DNA of 63,645 nucleotides, counting the filler, from Dicyema japonicum (lineage: Eukaryota > Animalia > Dicyemida): the NCBI GenBank assembly GCA_011109175.1. It is 7 parts of 7 records of this genome, joined end to end, with 100 filler letters (N's around TTAATTAATTAA, not from the genome) between each part and the next. Parts side by side here need not be neighbours in the genome. Positions count along the whole stretch, not along the records: positions 1 to 12,708 come from RDEW01000222.1; 6 more parts are not named here. One strand, 5' to 3'. Position 1 is the stretch's first letter; every line of letters begins with the position of its first letter. This document shows positions 1 through 11,281 of the stretch, piece after piece. The notes under the pieces were generated by a model that saw only the letters and a program-made list of their open reading frames with translations, ran no database searches and was not told the DNA's origin. The translations under genes and the position numbers were made by a program.

Positions 1-2272
1 TGTCTGGCTTTTTGGACTGGACCTTTGTTTTAAACAGAATTGACGCATCAATTCTGATTTAAACATTATGTTTTGACACTATTGACTGAACCGAATGTCA
101 CTTCAACTTTCTTGATTTTCTGAATTCATGAATTCAACAGTTTTTAACGTCAATAGTTTTTTGCCTTTTTTAAAATAACTGCATAATCCATAAACTTAAA
201 TTGAGCTTGCTAGGAAAAAAAGATAAAATACTAAAAATGATCAATATAGTGTAGAAAGAAATAAATTTAAAATATAAAATACCATACGAATGAAGATTAA
301 TTGATAAAATGAATACAAATTCATTTGCAAAATAAACTTTATTAAAGATATTTTACCAATGGTCATTTTAATCAATCTTCAACAAAATAAAAAACGAAAA
401 TATTATAAAAATAAAANAAAAAAAGATAAAATACTAAAAATGATCAATATAGTTTAGAAAGAAATAAATTTAAAATATAAAATTCCATATGAATGAAGAT
501 TAATTGATAAAATGAATACAAATTCACTTGCAAAATAAACTTTATCCAGGATATTTTACCAGTAGTCAATTTAATTAATCTTCAAACAAATAAAAAACGA
601 AAATATTATAAAAATAAAACATTGATAGCAAGAAATAATAAAATAAGAATTAACAAAAGAAAGCACAACACAAGAAAAAAATATAACGTGCTAAAAACGT
701 GAATAATTTATCGTATTCAATGATAAATTAAAAACATTTAAAAATAAAATAAAAAACATTTACATTTAATATAAATTATAACTAATATTGTTGTTAAACA
801 TAGGGATCCACAGGAAATTATACATTTAAAAAAATGTCGAAAACGGGCGTAGGCATGCCTGTTTGAGACCATCCTAAGATTGGTTAGTTCTCCCCTACTG
901 ATTGAGTGTCGTTTCATCAGTAATTCTATAAATTACGTTAAGAACAGTAGTCAGACATTTGGTTCATGAATTTGACTGAAAAGTGCTATCGTCTGTAAGA
1001 CAATAACAGAACATCTATAAGTTAGGTTTAAAGTTTTTGTATACCAAATTTATGCTTTAATGGTACTGAAAAGTGTCGTTGATAATACTGTTATCATTCC
1101 GACTTGCATATTGAGGCTTGTGCTAAATTATATGTTAACGACATATACTGGCATATGAACTATACGTACGAAAGTCATGTATAGTGGGAGTCTACTGAGG
1201 TTGATATTTGCCTAAAATTTGTCCGCTTGTTGAACGCTTCTACTCTTATTTAAAAAGTTTAGCTGTTATTTTGTCTACCAAATGTTACTATATGTCAATT
1301 ATTCCATAAATGGTTGGAGATAAATCATGTTTGAAGAAATGACAAGTTCGAATCCAGAATTTTCTGAATAGTAGTAGACCAAAAAAATTGATAAAACTAG
1401 TTAAGATGGGCTATATATAGATTTTTGACATCTATAGCGGTATTTAGGAATATCTGTTTTATAAAAGTCGTTTGGTTCCAGGACTTTGCCAAAATGTATC
1501 TTTAAAAAAGAGTGAAGAAAAAAGAATTTTTTTAATTTTTATTAAAATTTTCGGTAGTTATCAACATGCTATACTCGTTCGAATCACTTTCATAAAAGAT
1601 TTCGATTTATTTTTTAAAACTAAGTAAAAACGGGATTTTAACTTGACTGTAAATTTCTAGAACAATCGGTTATTCCCTCGAAGAGATCTCATATGGATGC
1701 ACCAAATCGGGAGCGATTCAGGATGCCGAGAAAACACACTAAGACTGCAAACCAGAGCCAATTAAGTATTTTTTTAATTAAAAATTCCATTTTAATTTGA
1801 TTCGATAAATTTCCTTTATTTGAAAATAACGAGACAAAGAAGAATAAGCGTGGTTGTTTAAAATCCCTTAGTTTACAATGGAAAAGGAACCTAGAAGAAG
1901 TCCAACAAGTTAATACAGGTGACTATCATATTGTACCTTGTGCTTGCAAAAATCAAATCGATAGGTTGAACACACGTGGAGATTTCGCTATTGTTTTGGG
2001 AGGAAATAAAAAATCATTTTTAGCCTGAAATATGCACACTTTTAGCTAGTAAACCTTTTCAAAATTGTCAATCTACTAAAAAATATTGATTTATAATGTG
2101 TATAGGGAATTTGTTAATGTATTCTAGATATTCTATTAATAAAGTAACTAACGGATAACTCCAAATAGTATGAGTCATACTATTAAATAGTATGACCAAA
2201 AATTTCTTGAAAATGGTCATACTATTTGGAGTGTTCAATTTTCAATTTTCATGAGGCGGAGTCTCACTAAAG

Positions 2273-2610
2273 ATTATTTGTACAAGTTCGCCCAAAGTTG
2301 TATGTTCTAACCCTCAGACGCACAGGAGACTGGGCGAGATATTCGTCCTCTGCAGTGATTTGGCCTGCCTGGTCGAGGGGGTGGTGGGGGCCAGGGAGTG
2401 CAGAGTGGACAGTCAGCTGGCCCTCATTGAGTCGGTGAGTGTCCCGTTGTATTGTAGAGTTTTGTGGAGAAGGTGTGTTTCGTGTACACTGCATTCGAGC
2501 ACCTGTGGACTGACGCCAGCAACACAGCCAGGAGAATACATTTGCAGACCAATCTAAACTTTAATGGCTTCTACTCGAATATTATTAAATCACTCTTCAA
2601 TGAAGCATAA
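2273..2610 (+). pseudogene. 3' fragment of a gamma-tubulin complex component (GCP/Spc97-Spc98 family, GRIP2 C-terminus) with two tiny introns
   Basis: Removing gttgtatgttctaaccctcag (21 nt) and gtgagtgtcccgttgtattgtag (23 nt) gives IICTSSPK-THRRLGEIFVLCSDL...LALIES-SFVEKVCFVYTAFEHLWTDASNTARRIHLQTNLNFNGFYSNIIKSLFNEA*. LNFNGFY matches the GCP C-terminal L(D/N)FNxxY motif. No 5' part is present. Confidence 0.6.
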
Positions 2611-3134
2611 TTAAGAATATATTTAGTTGAATCAGATGTTTGATTGTAGCAGTTTCCACTAGGACATTAAACATTGTACTACAGCGGCGATTCGGGCCTT
2701 TATTGTGTCCCGGTTTTGCCCGTGCTTAAATAGATTACACCACATTACCAAAATGATTAGTTCAACCAGATCGTCTGAAAACTACAATGTCACAACCAAT
2801 CCTACGTTTGAGTTCTCGTCGGGGATCAGAACAATCTACAATCAAATCATCTCATATACCCGGCTATCCATCCATTGATGGTACAAACAGTAGGCTGAAA
2901 TAAGTGTAAGTATAACCATTAGGATGAGGGATGCCATTTTATTGGGTTTAACGCGTCTCCACCTAATCATGTTTTCCCTTCCTATGGTTAATTTATTATC
3001 TTTTCAAATTGAGACCATTGATAATAATAATAATTTGTGTTAAAACGATATGGAAAGACTGTCCTCAACGGGAAAGTGGATTTGTGTAATAATGGAGTTA
3101 TCCCTAGGTAGCCAAGTGGTCTGTCGCTTTATCC

Positions 3135-3290
3135 TTCGGGTTTGACGAGTAACGCCGTCATGGAAATCTCATCATACACGCGTGGAATGGATCTCCGGAT
3201 GAGATGTCAAGCTTCCTAGCGTTTTAATCAGCCGCACTACAATAAAAAGAAAAACTTAAGACAAGAAGAATCAAAGGACCTCCTTATTCG
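3135..3290 (+). repeat. Short interspersed repeat (SINE-like body/tail)
   Basis: GGATCTCCGGATGAGATGTC(A/G)AGCTTCCTAG recurs at ~10917-10950. TTTGACGAGT(A/G)ACGCCGTCAT is shared with the tRNA-SINE at 37140-37325. Confidence 0.55.
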
Positions 3291-3769
3291 GACAAAATAA
3301 CATCTAAACTACAATGTTTTAAATAAGAGTAGAAGCGTCCGACAAGCGGACAAATTTTAAGCAAATTTCAACTTTGGGCGAAAAAAAACAACTCATCCGT
3401 TTCATTGAATTTGATTGGCTTTTGATCTTTAAAATGTTTTAAATGTAGAAAAATTCAAACAAAATTACAGTTAAAAGAAAACTTATTTAAAATATTTACA
3501 GATACGGGCAAAGATTTTTGGTCATACTATTTGGAGTTATCCGATAATTCAATGACTCTTATATGAGGACATTTATAGCTAGGAAATTAGCCACTGAAGC
3601 GCAATAAAAATCACAGAATTTATGCACATAAAATACAAACAGTCCAGAAAATACCAACAAATCCCTTATCATACAAATTAATTTTTTGGTTAAAAACTTA
3701 GAAAATATCAATATTTGAGACTCTTTAGTCAATATAAATTATATAATAATATTAGTAATGACAATAAGT

Positions 3770-5226
3770 TTAAGTGGACCAGCCTTCCTCATTTTCATCC
3801 TCCTCCATTGATTCACTCTTTATGACTTTAGACATGCTCTTAATCAGTGGTGACTCCTCATATTTCTTTGACTTTGGAGGCTCTATAAAGTCCTCTCCTT
3901 TCCCCTTAAGTGAGTCTCCTCTTCTTTTTAACACTTTTTTAAGTTGTGACAATATATCAATTTTTTCCTCTTCTTTTTTGGGTTCAATCTCAGTTTTTGT
4001 TTCATTTTCTTTTCTTTTTCGGAATTTAAACTGATTTATTCCTCCCGCGTCTAGAATTGAGTCAAGCAAAGCCTTCAGTTTTGGTTCCCCCGACGGTTTT
4101 AGAGTAACCTCGACAGGTTTTTTGTTATCTTCGACAACAATATTTTTCTCAATTTCATTTTTTGATAATAAAGTCGTATTTTCCTGTATAATTTCAATTT
4201 TTGGAAAAATATTCGATTCGGGTGTGGAAACAACTTGAGTCAATTCAGAATCAAGATCCGGTAAATCCACGGTGATCTCCGTCAAAATAATCGAGGGAGC
4301 AATCCCCGTTTCATTTTTAGGGAAATAATTCAAATCACTTACAATCCCTTAAATAACAAATTTATTTAAACCAGAAAGCGCGGGAAGACTTTCAGGGACT
4401 TTGATTTGAGGTACATCACCCAAAATTGGATTGTAGTCAAAATTTAATCGTTGGAAGGGATCGAATTGATGGCCCAAAGTCACTGTCTCTGGTGCCTTGG
4501 CTGGCTCATGTCTTTTTTCATGTGGTTTTGTAACTTTTGATACAACATTGAGAGGATCAACAAAAGAATAGTTTTTAAACCTATTTATTAAAATAAAAAA
4601 TTAATAATAAATTTAAAAATAAATTACGCATTTATATTTGTATTATATATAAGAAAATTTCCAGTGCTTTTCAGGTTGTTCGGAGGTCTTCCAATTCCCT
4701 CATGAAATGGTGTCTTTCCCTTGTTTGTTATTAAATCAAAAGAAGCTGGAACAATTGTAGTATTTTTAGGTCGAGAAATCATATCTAAATTCTAATAATA
4801 TAAATTTATATAAATTTATATTTATTTTAATTTATAATAAATATTTTAAAAAAACTTTTGATAGTTTGTAGTGGAACTTGGTTTCATTTTTGACATTTGG
4901 CCTCACTAGAAGGTCATTTCTTGGAAATTTTTTTGTCTGAGGTAAATTGTATGGAGAATAGATTTTTATTGCCTTTCCAGACTTGTCCAATTTTTTAATT
5001 TTTTGTTCAACAAATGAGATTCTAGACATTATGTACGACAATCTATCCTTTCTAACATCTATCTATAGTTTTTATCTATATATAATAATACATTTTGGTT
5101 TATTTTTTGAATAAAATTTCTAAAATCTTGTTGGAACTTCTCTAATATTAGCAGTGATTGAATAATCTTTTCTTCGTCTGGGATATAAGTAGAAATAATC
5201 GGTATAACAGACTGCTCAATGCTCAT
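3770..5226 (-). CDS. WASHC1: WASH complex subunit 1 (WASH; WHD1/WHD2 + VCA), 5 exons
   Basis: ATG at 5226. GT-AG introns at 5063-5091 (29 nt), ~65 nt, 4581-4627 (47 nt) and 4348-4371 (24 nt). Motifs: RISFVEQKIKKLDKSGKAIKIYS, GIGRPPNNLKSTGNFLIYNT..FKNYSFVDPL, GDVPQIKVPESLPAL, WH2 ALLDSILDAGG, C region DILSQLKKVLKRR and acidic EDENEEGW. Confidence 0.9.
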
Positions 5227-5512
5227 GTTCTAGCTACTGTATGGGTCACTACAAGAAATTATATGTTCCTTTATTATAAATTCAATTATACTAATTAATT
5301 CAAAAAATTATATTCTAAATTAATTATATTAATAAAATAAACATTTCTAAAGTTATGTGTAATAATAAGTTATTTTATTTCAGAAGAATAAATAGGACTA
5401 GAGTTGTAAATAATTTATTACATTATATATTTTTAATTAATTTTTATACATAATAATTTAATATAAATTAAAAAATATATAATTTATTCACATGTTGTAG
5501 TTGATTTAATTA

Positions 5513-6170
5513 ATGGAGTCTAAAACAGCACATGCTAATTGGATAGAAGACCTCAAAATAGGACAATTAGTAAAAATAAAAGTAAAAAACAATATATCAT
5601 TCAATTTAAGGAAATTTTTTTAAAACAATGGGATATTCAAAAAACAATAACCATTACTTATTTCCCGAGGAAATACTATATTTAACCCACAAAGCTATAT
5701 ATAATTATATATTCTAGGGCACACTAACATGTATAAAAGACGGACAAATACTACAGTCAAATGAGTTTGCCCTTATGGTTTATTCACTATTGGGGGATAA
5801 TGTGATGACAGTATACTCTAATTTAACACAACTTGGCTATGTATTACGTCGTAATACGATTCCTTTTGAATATACTATTTTTGATGTTTATTTACCGTCT
5901 TTTGTTAAGACTTTTAAAAAGTCTAATCCGACACCACCACAATATCAACTATTTGTAGTCAGGTATTTTATTATATTTTTAAATTAATTTAAATATTAAT
6001 TAAATTAAAATAATATTTTTGGAAATATAATTTGAAATAATATTTTTAGTGCTACAAGTAATTTCATTCAACTCAGAGATTCTTATTCCCGTATTTTTGG
6101 TTCCCGCGCATTAATAATAGCTATAACGGCGGGAAAAAATGTCTGCTATATAAAAATTGAAGATTTTTAA
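5513..6170 (+). CDS. TSEN54: tRNA-splicing endonuclease subunit Sen54, minimal (~172 aa)
   Basis: Spliced product ANWIEDLKIGQLVKIK-GNFFKTMGYS..YLFPEEILYL..G..VYSNLTQLGYVLRR..FDVYLP..TFKKSNP matches Sen54 N- and C-terminal motifs. Introns at 5582-5609, 5694-5717 and 5963-6049; stop TAA 6168-6170. Confidence 0.85.
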
Positions 6171-6200
6171 CAAAATATTAGTATAAATTATAATAAAAAA

Positions 6201-6469
6201 TTATTTATTATTTTTTAAATGAGAAATAAGCATTCTATATCCAGCAATCCACCTACTGACCTGAAAGCTCTTAGCTAATAAAATAAACCTCTTTAATGTG
6301 GTCAACCGCCATAATCTTGCATATATTTTCGGCGCCAAAATAATCAGGTTTGAGTAAACACGTGATTAATTGAACCAAATAGTCCTTTATTTCTTCAGAT
6401 AGAAAACTTCCTTCCCATGCTTGGTTAAGAATATGAATTCTTTTACCAATCACAGCCTCCTTGACAAAA
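6201..6469 (-). CDS. Terminal exons of an unidentified protein (possibly the 3' end of the DAPK-like gene across the gap)
   Basis: Open frame FVKEAVIG...MAVDHIKE, then a 19- or 28-nt GT-AG intron, then VSRWIAGYRMLISHLKNNK*. It adjoins the N gap 6470-7073. Confidence 0.45.
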
Positions 6470-7073
6470 NNNNNNNNNNNNNNNNNNNNNNNNNNNNNNN
6501 NNNNNNNNNNNNNNNNNNNNNNNNNNNNNNNNNNNNNNNNNNNNNNNNNNNNNNNNNNNNNNNNNNNNNNNNNNNNNNNNNNNNNNNNNNNNNNNNNNNN
6601 NNNNNNNNNNNNNNNNNNNNNNNNNNNNNNNNNNNNNNNNNNNNNNNNNNNNNNNNNNNNNNNNNNNNNNNNNNNNNNNNNNNNNNNNNNNNNNNNNNNN
6701 NNNNNNNNNNNNNNNNNNNNNNNNNNNNNNNNNNNNNNNNNNNNNNNNNNNNNNNNNNNNNNNNNNNNNNNNNNNNNNNNNNNNNNNNNNNNNNNNNNNN
6801 NNNNNNNNNNNNNNNNNNNNNNNNNNNNNNNNNNNNNNNNNNNNNNNNNNNNNNNNNNNNNNNNNNNNNNNNNNNNNNNNNNNNNNNNNNNNNNNNNNNN
6901 NNNNNNNNNNNNNNNNNNNNNNNNNNNNNNNNNNNNNNNNNNNNNNNNNNNNNNNNNNNNNNNNNNNNNNNNNNNNNNNNNNNNNNNNNNNNNNNNNNNN
7001 NNNNNNNNNNNNNNNNNNNNNNNNNNNNNNNNNNNNNNNNNNNNNNNNNNNNNNNNNNNNNNNNNNNNNNNNN

Positions 7074-8813
7074 CCGCAAATTTCGTTAACAATATCAATA
7101 CAACCTCCTTGTACTGCTTTATATAAAATTGTTTCTGATTTCTAGTGGAAAACTTTTAAATTGTTTACCCTGTTTATTAAGCTAAAATAATAATTTGGTA
7201 TCAGGTTGCCGTTAATAAACAAAAAAATATAAGAAAATATTTTAAAATTCCCTGTTTTGCAAGCGATATGGAGAATATTGTCCCCTTTTATTGTAAATGA
7301 TTCGAGCGATGCATTTGAATGTAATAAAAAATCGAATGCCGAGAAAAATTGTAATTCTACTGATAACATTAAACAGTTATATCCAAGCTATTTCAGATAA
7401 TTAATTTTTACAACATGTACATTGTTTGTACAATTAATTGAAATTTCTGAATTGTTGACGAGAAATTTCAGTGATTTAAGAGACCGGCAATAAATTGAAT
7501 CAAACATTCCACATTTCAAAATTGACTTCTCTTCAAACTAAAACCATTCTATAATTATTTTAACCTCAATGAAATCATCTTTACAAATTATTCTGGAAAT
7601 TTTTCTCAATTGAATACATTTAAGTAAAATTTGAATCTTATTCTTAAGATTTTATAAAATAATAATATACGTTCCATTGCTTTCTTATTCCCCAAGATTG
7701 AATACGTGAGAATTTTATAATACTTGATTTCTTCAAATCCAGATCTGTACAGATTTCTGACTATTCAGATTTATATATTTAAGAATATTTCTTTTAAGTA
7801 ATAAATAATACAGCAATCCAAGGATGTCTAAAGCATTCTTCAGAATTATATCTTAGTCTATAAAATTAAGATAAAATAATTAAATTATATAAATTACCTT
7901 GAGGATTTAAGTAAAATTTTACTCAAAAAGTCAGCAGCTAAATTACTTATAGAAGGAATTGGAGACTCGTCCATAAAAGAGTACTTGACCGTTTGAATCT
8001 TATTAAAAATTTGATATGTTCTTTGTCCGTCAAATGGAAATTTACCCGTTAACCTTGTTAAATTTAAAATAATTAATAAATCAACATGGTGTAAACAATA
8101 ACTCCAAGAGTCCAAATATCTGTTGCAGGTGAAATTTTATTAAAATTTATGATTTCAGGAGCTAAAAAATTCAAAGTTAACAATTTTATTATAACCTGCA
8201 TATTGAGGTGTGGTAGCTGGAGTTTTGAACATAGGATTTTGTATATCTAGATTTTGTGAAATTCCAAAATCGATAATTTTTATACTGATTCCTTTTTGGA
8301 AGTTTAGTATTATATTTTCCGACTAAAAAAATAGGTTGGAATAACTTTAAGATCTAAATGCACAATTGAGTTGAAATGAATATATCTGAGAGCCTCAAGA
8401 ATTTTATTTACAATTTTTGATATTTCATGTTCTGATAGAGATACTTTATTAACTAAATTCTCAAAAAGCTCACAGCCATATGCCCTAACTATTAAATAAA
8501 AAATATTACAATTCCATAATAATAATTGTGTCAAATTGATTATAGATCGTATGATATAATCTGACAATACCTTCGTGGCTACAAAGTTTTATTAAAATAG
8601 TTGCTTCTTTTTTGACATCTTCGTCTCTTACTCCGTAATGACTATTTTTAGTAAGACTTCTTTTCACAACTTTGGCCGCATGCGTGATTCCAGTCTCCAT
8701 ATTCACGCAAGAATAAACAACAGAGAAGTTTCCTCTTATAAATTATAGATAACAAATAACTTTCCTAATACTTTTCCTGGTTTGTAAAATTTCGTCCAAT
8801 CAATATTTTCCAT
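7074..8813 (-). CDS. DAPK1: Death-associated protein kinase 1-like (kinase + CaM-regulatory segment + ankyrin repeats); 3' end runs into a gap
   Basis: ATG 8813. Motifs GKGNFSVV, AAKVVKRSLTKNSHYGVRDEDVKKE (DAPK basic loop), HLDLKSEN, IIDFG, YAAPE, HPWI, CaM-segment-like GIRKQWN-NKIQILLKC and ankyrin GDNILHIACKTG. About 10 GT-AG introns of 23-51 nt. Confidence 0.8.
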
Positions 8814-8869
8814 TGGATATAATTTCACTAAACTTAAATTTTTGTGGTTTTCAATTATCAATTAATACA

Positions 8870-9310
8870 TTACAAGGTTGAATTCAGAAAAAATCAGTTG
8901 AACAGTTAATTTCTATAATTAATTAATAAAATTAACATAAAAATGTTACGTAATTAATTCATTATAATTGTAAACCTAACAATTCTTTTAAAATTCAACG
9001 CATCGAAAGCCAACGAATGATAAAGATTTTTGTCCGAATTCCCCTTAGAAGTTGCGTCGGGAATCAATTCCCACGCCTCATATTCAAGATACAAAAATAT
9101 ATTGTCTAAGAAAAAATTCGAAAAAAATGTAGGATTATGATGGTATGGAACTACCATAATCTATATAGCATGGTTTTCATAGCGCTAGAAAATTTATTAG
9201 GAGTAGTACATAAATGCTATAATACATTCTTAGGTTCTGATAAAATTTTGATGAGTGTCTTCATAGGAGGTCTTTCCATCGTTACCAGATTAATCACGCT
9301 AGTTTTCTTG
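8870..9310 (-). CDS. Possible 3' exons of an unidentified intron-containing gene
   Basis: Open exon-like blocks (IMVVPYHHNP...FKRIV) are bounded by AG/GT and AT-rich intron-like spacers. No family recognised. Confidence 0.25.
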
Positions 9311-10318
9311 ATTGGAAAATAATTAAAAATATTCCATCGCTCGCTCGGTCGACAGATATCAAGGATAAGACACGATTCCNCCGGAAATTCGTTCAAAAAC
9401 CTGCATCTTATAAAAGAATTCCGAAATTTATAGTCTCATAATGCTCGAAGCTGGCCGAGCGTCTCGTGAGGCCATTAACTAGATAAACTCTCTCACGTTT
9501 TGTTTTATAATTTTATACTATAGATAGACTACAAATAAATTATAATTATTGATTCTCACAATTTGATCGAATAAAGTCAACTATAAATTATTATAAAACT
9601 CTAAAGATAATATTTACATTTTTGACAATAAATTTTAAAAATAAATATTTTTATTATAAAAACAAAAAGGGCACTCGAATGTATGACATTAACAGTTCGG
9701 GAATTGACTNNNNNNNNNNNNNNNNNNNNNNNNNNNNNNNNNNNNNNNNNNNNNNNNNNNNNNNNNNNNNNNNNNNNNNNNNNNNNNNNNNNNNNNNNNN
9801 NNNNNNNNNNNNNNNNNNNNNNNNNNNNNNNNNNNNNNNNNNNNNNNNNNNNNNNNNNNNNNNNNNNNNNNNNNNNNNNNNNNNNNNNNNNNNNNNNNNN
9901 NNNNNNNNNNNNNNNNNNNNNNNNNNNNNNNNNNNNNNNNNNNNNNNNNNNNNNNNNNNNNNNNNNNNNNNNNNNNNNNNNNNNNNNNNNNNNNNNNNNN
10001 NNNNNNNNNNNNNNNNNNNNNNNNNNNNNNNNNNNNNNNNNNNNNNNNNNNNNNNNNNNNNNNNNNNNNNNNNNNNNNNNNNNNNNNNNNNNNNNNNNNN
10101 NNNNNNNNNNNNNNNNNNNNNNNNNNNNNNNNNNNNNNNNNNNNNNNNNNNNNNNNNNNNNNNNNNNNNNNNNNNNNNNNNNNNNNNNNNNNNNNNNNNN
10201 NNNNNNNNNNNNNNNNNNNNNNNNNNNNNNNNNNNNNNNNNNNNNNNNNNNNNNNNNNNNNNNNNNNNNNNNNNNNNNNNNNNNNNNNNNNNNNNNNNNN
10301 NNNNNNNNNNNNNNNNNN

Positions 10319-10592
10319 TTCACATCCGGAAGATCTTTGGTCTGGGACGCAACTTGTGTCGATACTTATTCAAGCACGAATCTTCTTAAATCGGTTCAGA
10401 CACCTGGAGCAGCTGCTGCAATCGCGGAAAAACTAAAAACCAAAAAATATTCTTTTCTCGGGGACCGCTACAGATTTACCCCTGTTGCGGCCGAATCATC
10501 GGGAGCAGTTGGTCCAATGACGGCTGAGTTCTTGCGCGAACTCAGAGGAATGCTTGCCACCAAGAAGAGGGATCAACGAGAAGGAGTATGGC
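10319..10592 (+). mobile_element. CRE-clade non-LTR retrotransposon fragment (restriction-like endonuclease C-terminus)
   Basis: GRSLVWDATCVDT...AEKLKTKKY...FTPVAAESSG. Homologous to 44937-45200 and 62088-62304. Confidence 0.8.
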
Positions 10593-11281
10593 TAATTCTC
10601 AAATCAATTTCTTCTCTTAATTTATTGACTGATAAATTCTTTTTAATAAATAACTTACACGTTAAAAAAAAAAATTATTTAACGAATGCTCAAATTTCAT
10701 TTTCGTTAAATGTAAATTTGTTTAATAATAGTCTATTGTAAATTTGTTTTTAAAATTAACTACCTTTATTTATAAGACCCGAAGCTCCTGAAATATTTGG
10801 TTATTGTATATATGCCTAAAACTAATGTAGGACGATTAAATGTGCACTGTATAGTACTAGTAATTACAAAAATAGTTAAACAGCGTGAGCTTTTTATTAT
10901 CGACCCCGCATGAAGCGGATCTCCGGATGAGATGTCGAGCTTCCTAGTCTGCAAAAGCCACACTCCAATAAAAACAAAGACTCCAAGACAAGAGACCACA
11001 TTCCTACTTCTCAATTCGGCTTAATTAGAATAATTAACTTGTTCTCTTGTCTTGTGAAAAACTGTGTGGCTCGCACGTGCGCAGTTTGGGCACTTATGTG
11101 CCTCCGCTGTGCGGTGGTTGCATTTTTTTTAAACAACCATTTTGTGTATTCTATCGTTTCTTTTATTAACTTCATTTTTTACTTTATTCATTTCACTTGA
11201 GCAGGTTTTTCTGGATTTAATAAAAATTAATTATAAATAAATTGAAAAGAACTTTACTTAGATAAATTAATATGTACTTTT

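Larger units (their letters stand above)
2151..3544. mobile_element. Non-autonomous TIR element, TA-flanked, enclosing a host gene fragment
   Basis: CGGATAACTCCAAATAGTATGA (2152-2173) is the reverse complement of TCATACTATTTGGAGTTATCCG (3522-3543). TA lies on both outer sides. The AAATAGTATGA motif recurs in alternating orientation at 2163-2231. Confidence 0.65.

Noticed and set aside
215-620. Near-identical direct duplications around a single n (n at 417, 27294, 34831, 37658, 38116, 40781, 41224, 50642)
   Set aside because: This is the pattern of unmerged overlapping contig ends or haplotypes in scaffolding, not a biological repeat system.
6271-7126. Long ORFs rich in X (also 9601-10741, 53906-54706, 58598-59521)
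   Set aside because: They are created by reading through N gaps.
9452-9482. GGCC..GGCC hairpin followed by CTAG (possible Helitron 3' end)
   Set aside because: The stem is imperfect, CTAG is followed by A rather than T, and no 5' end or second copy is present.
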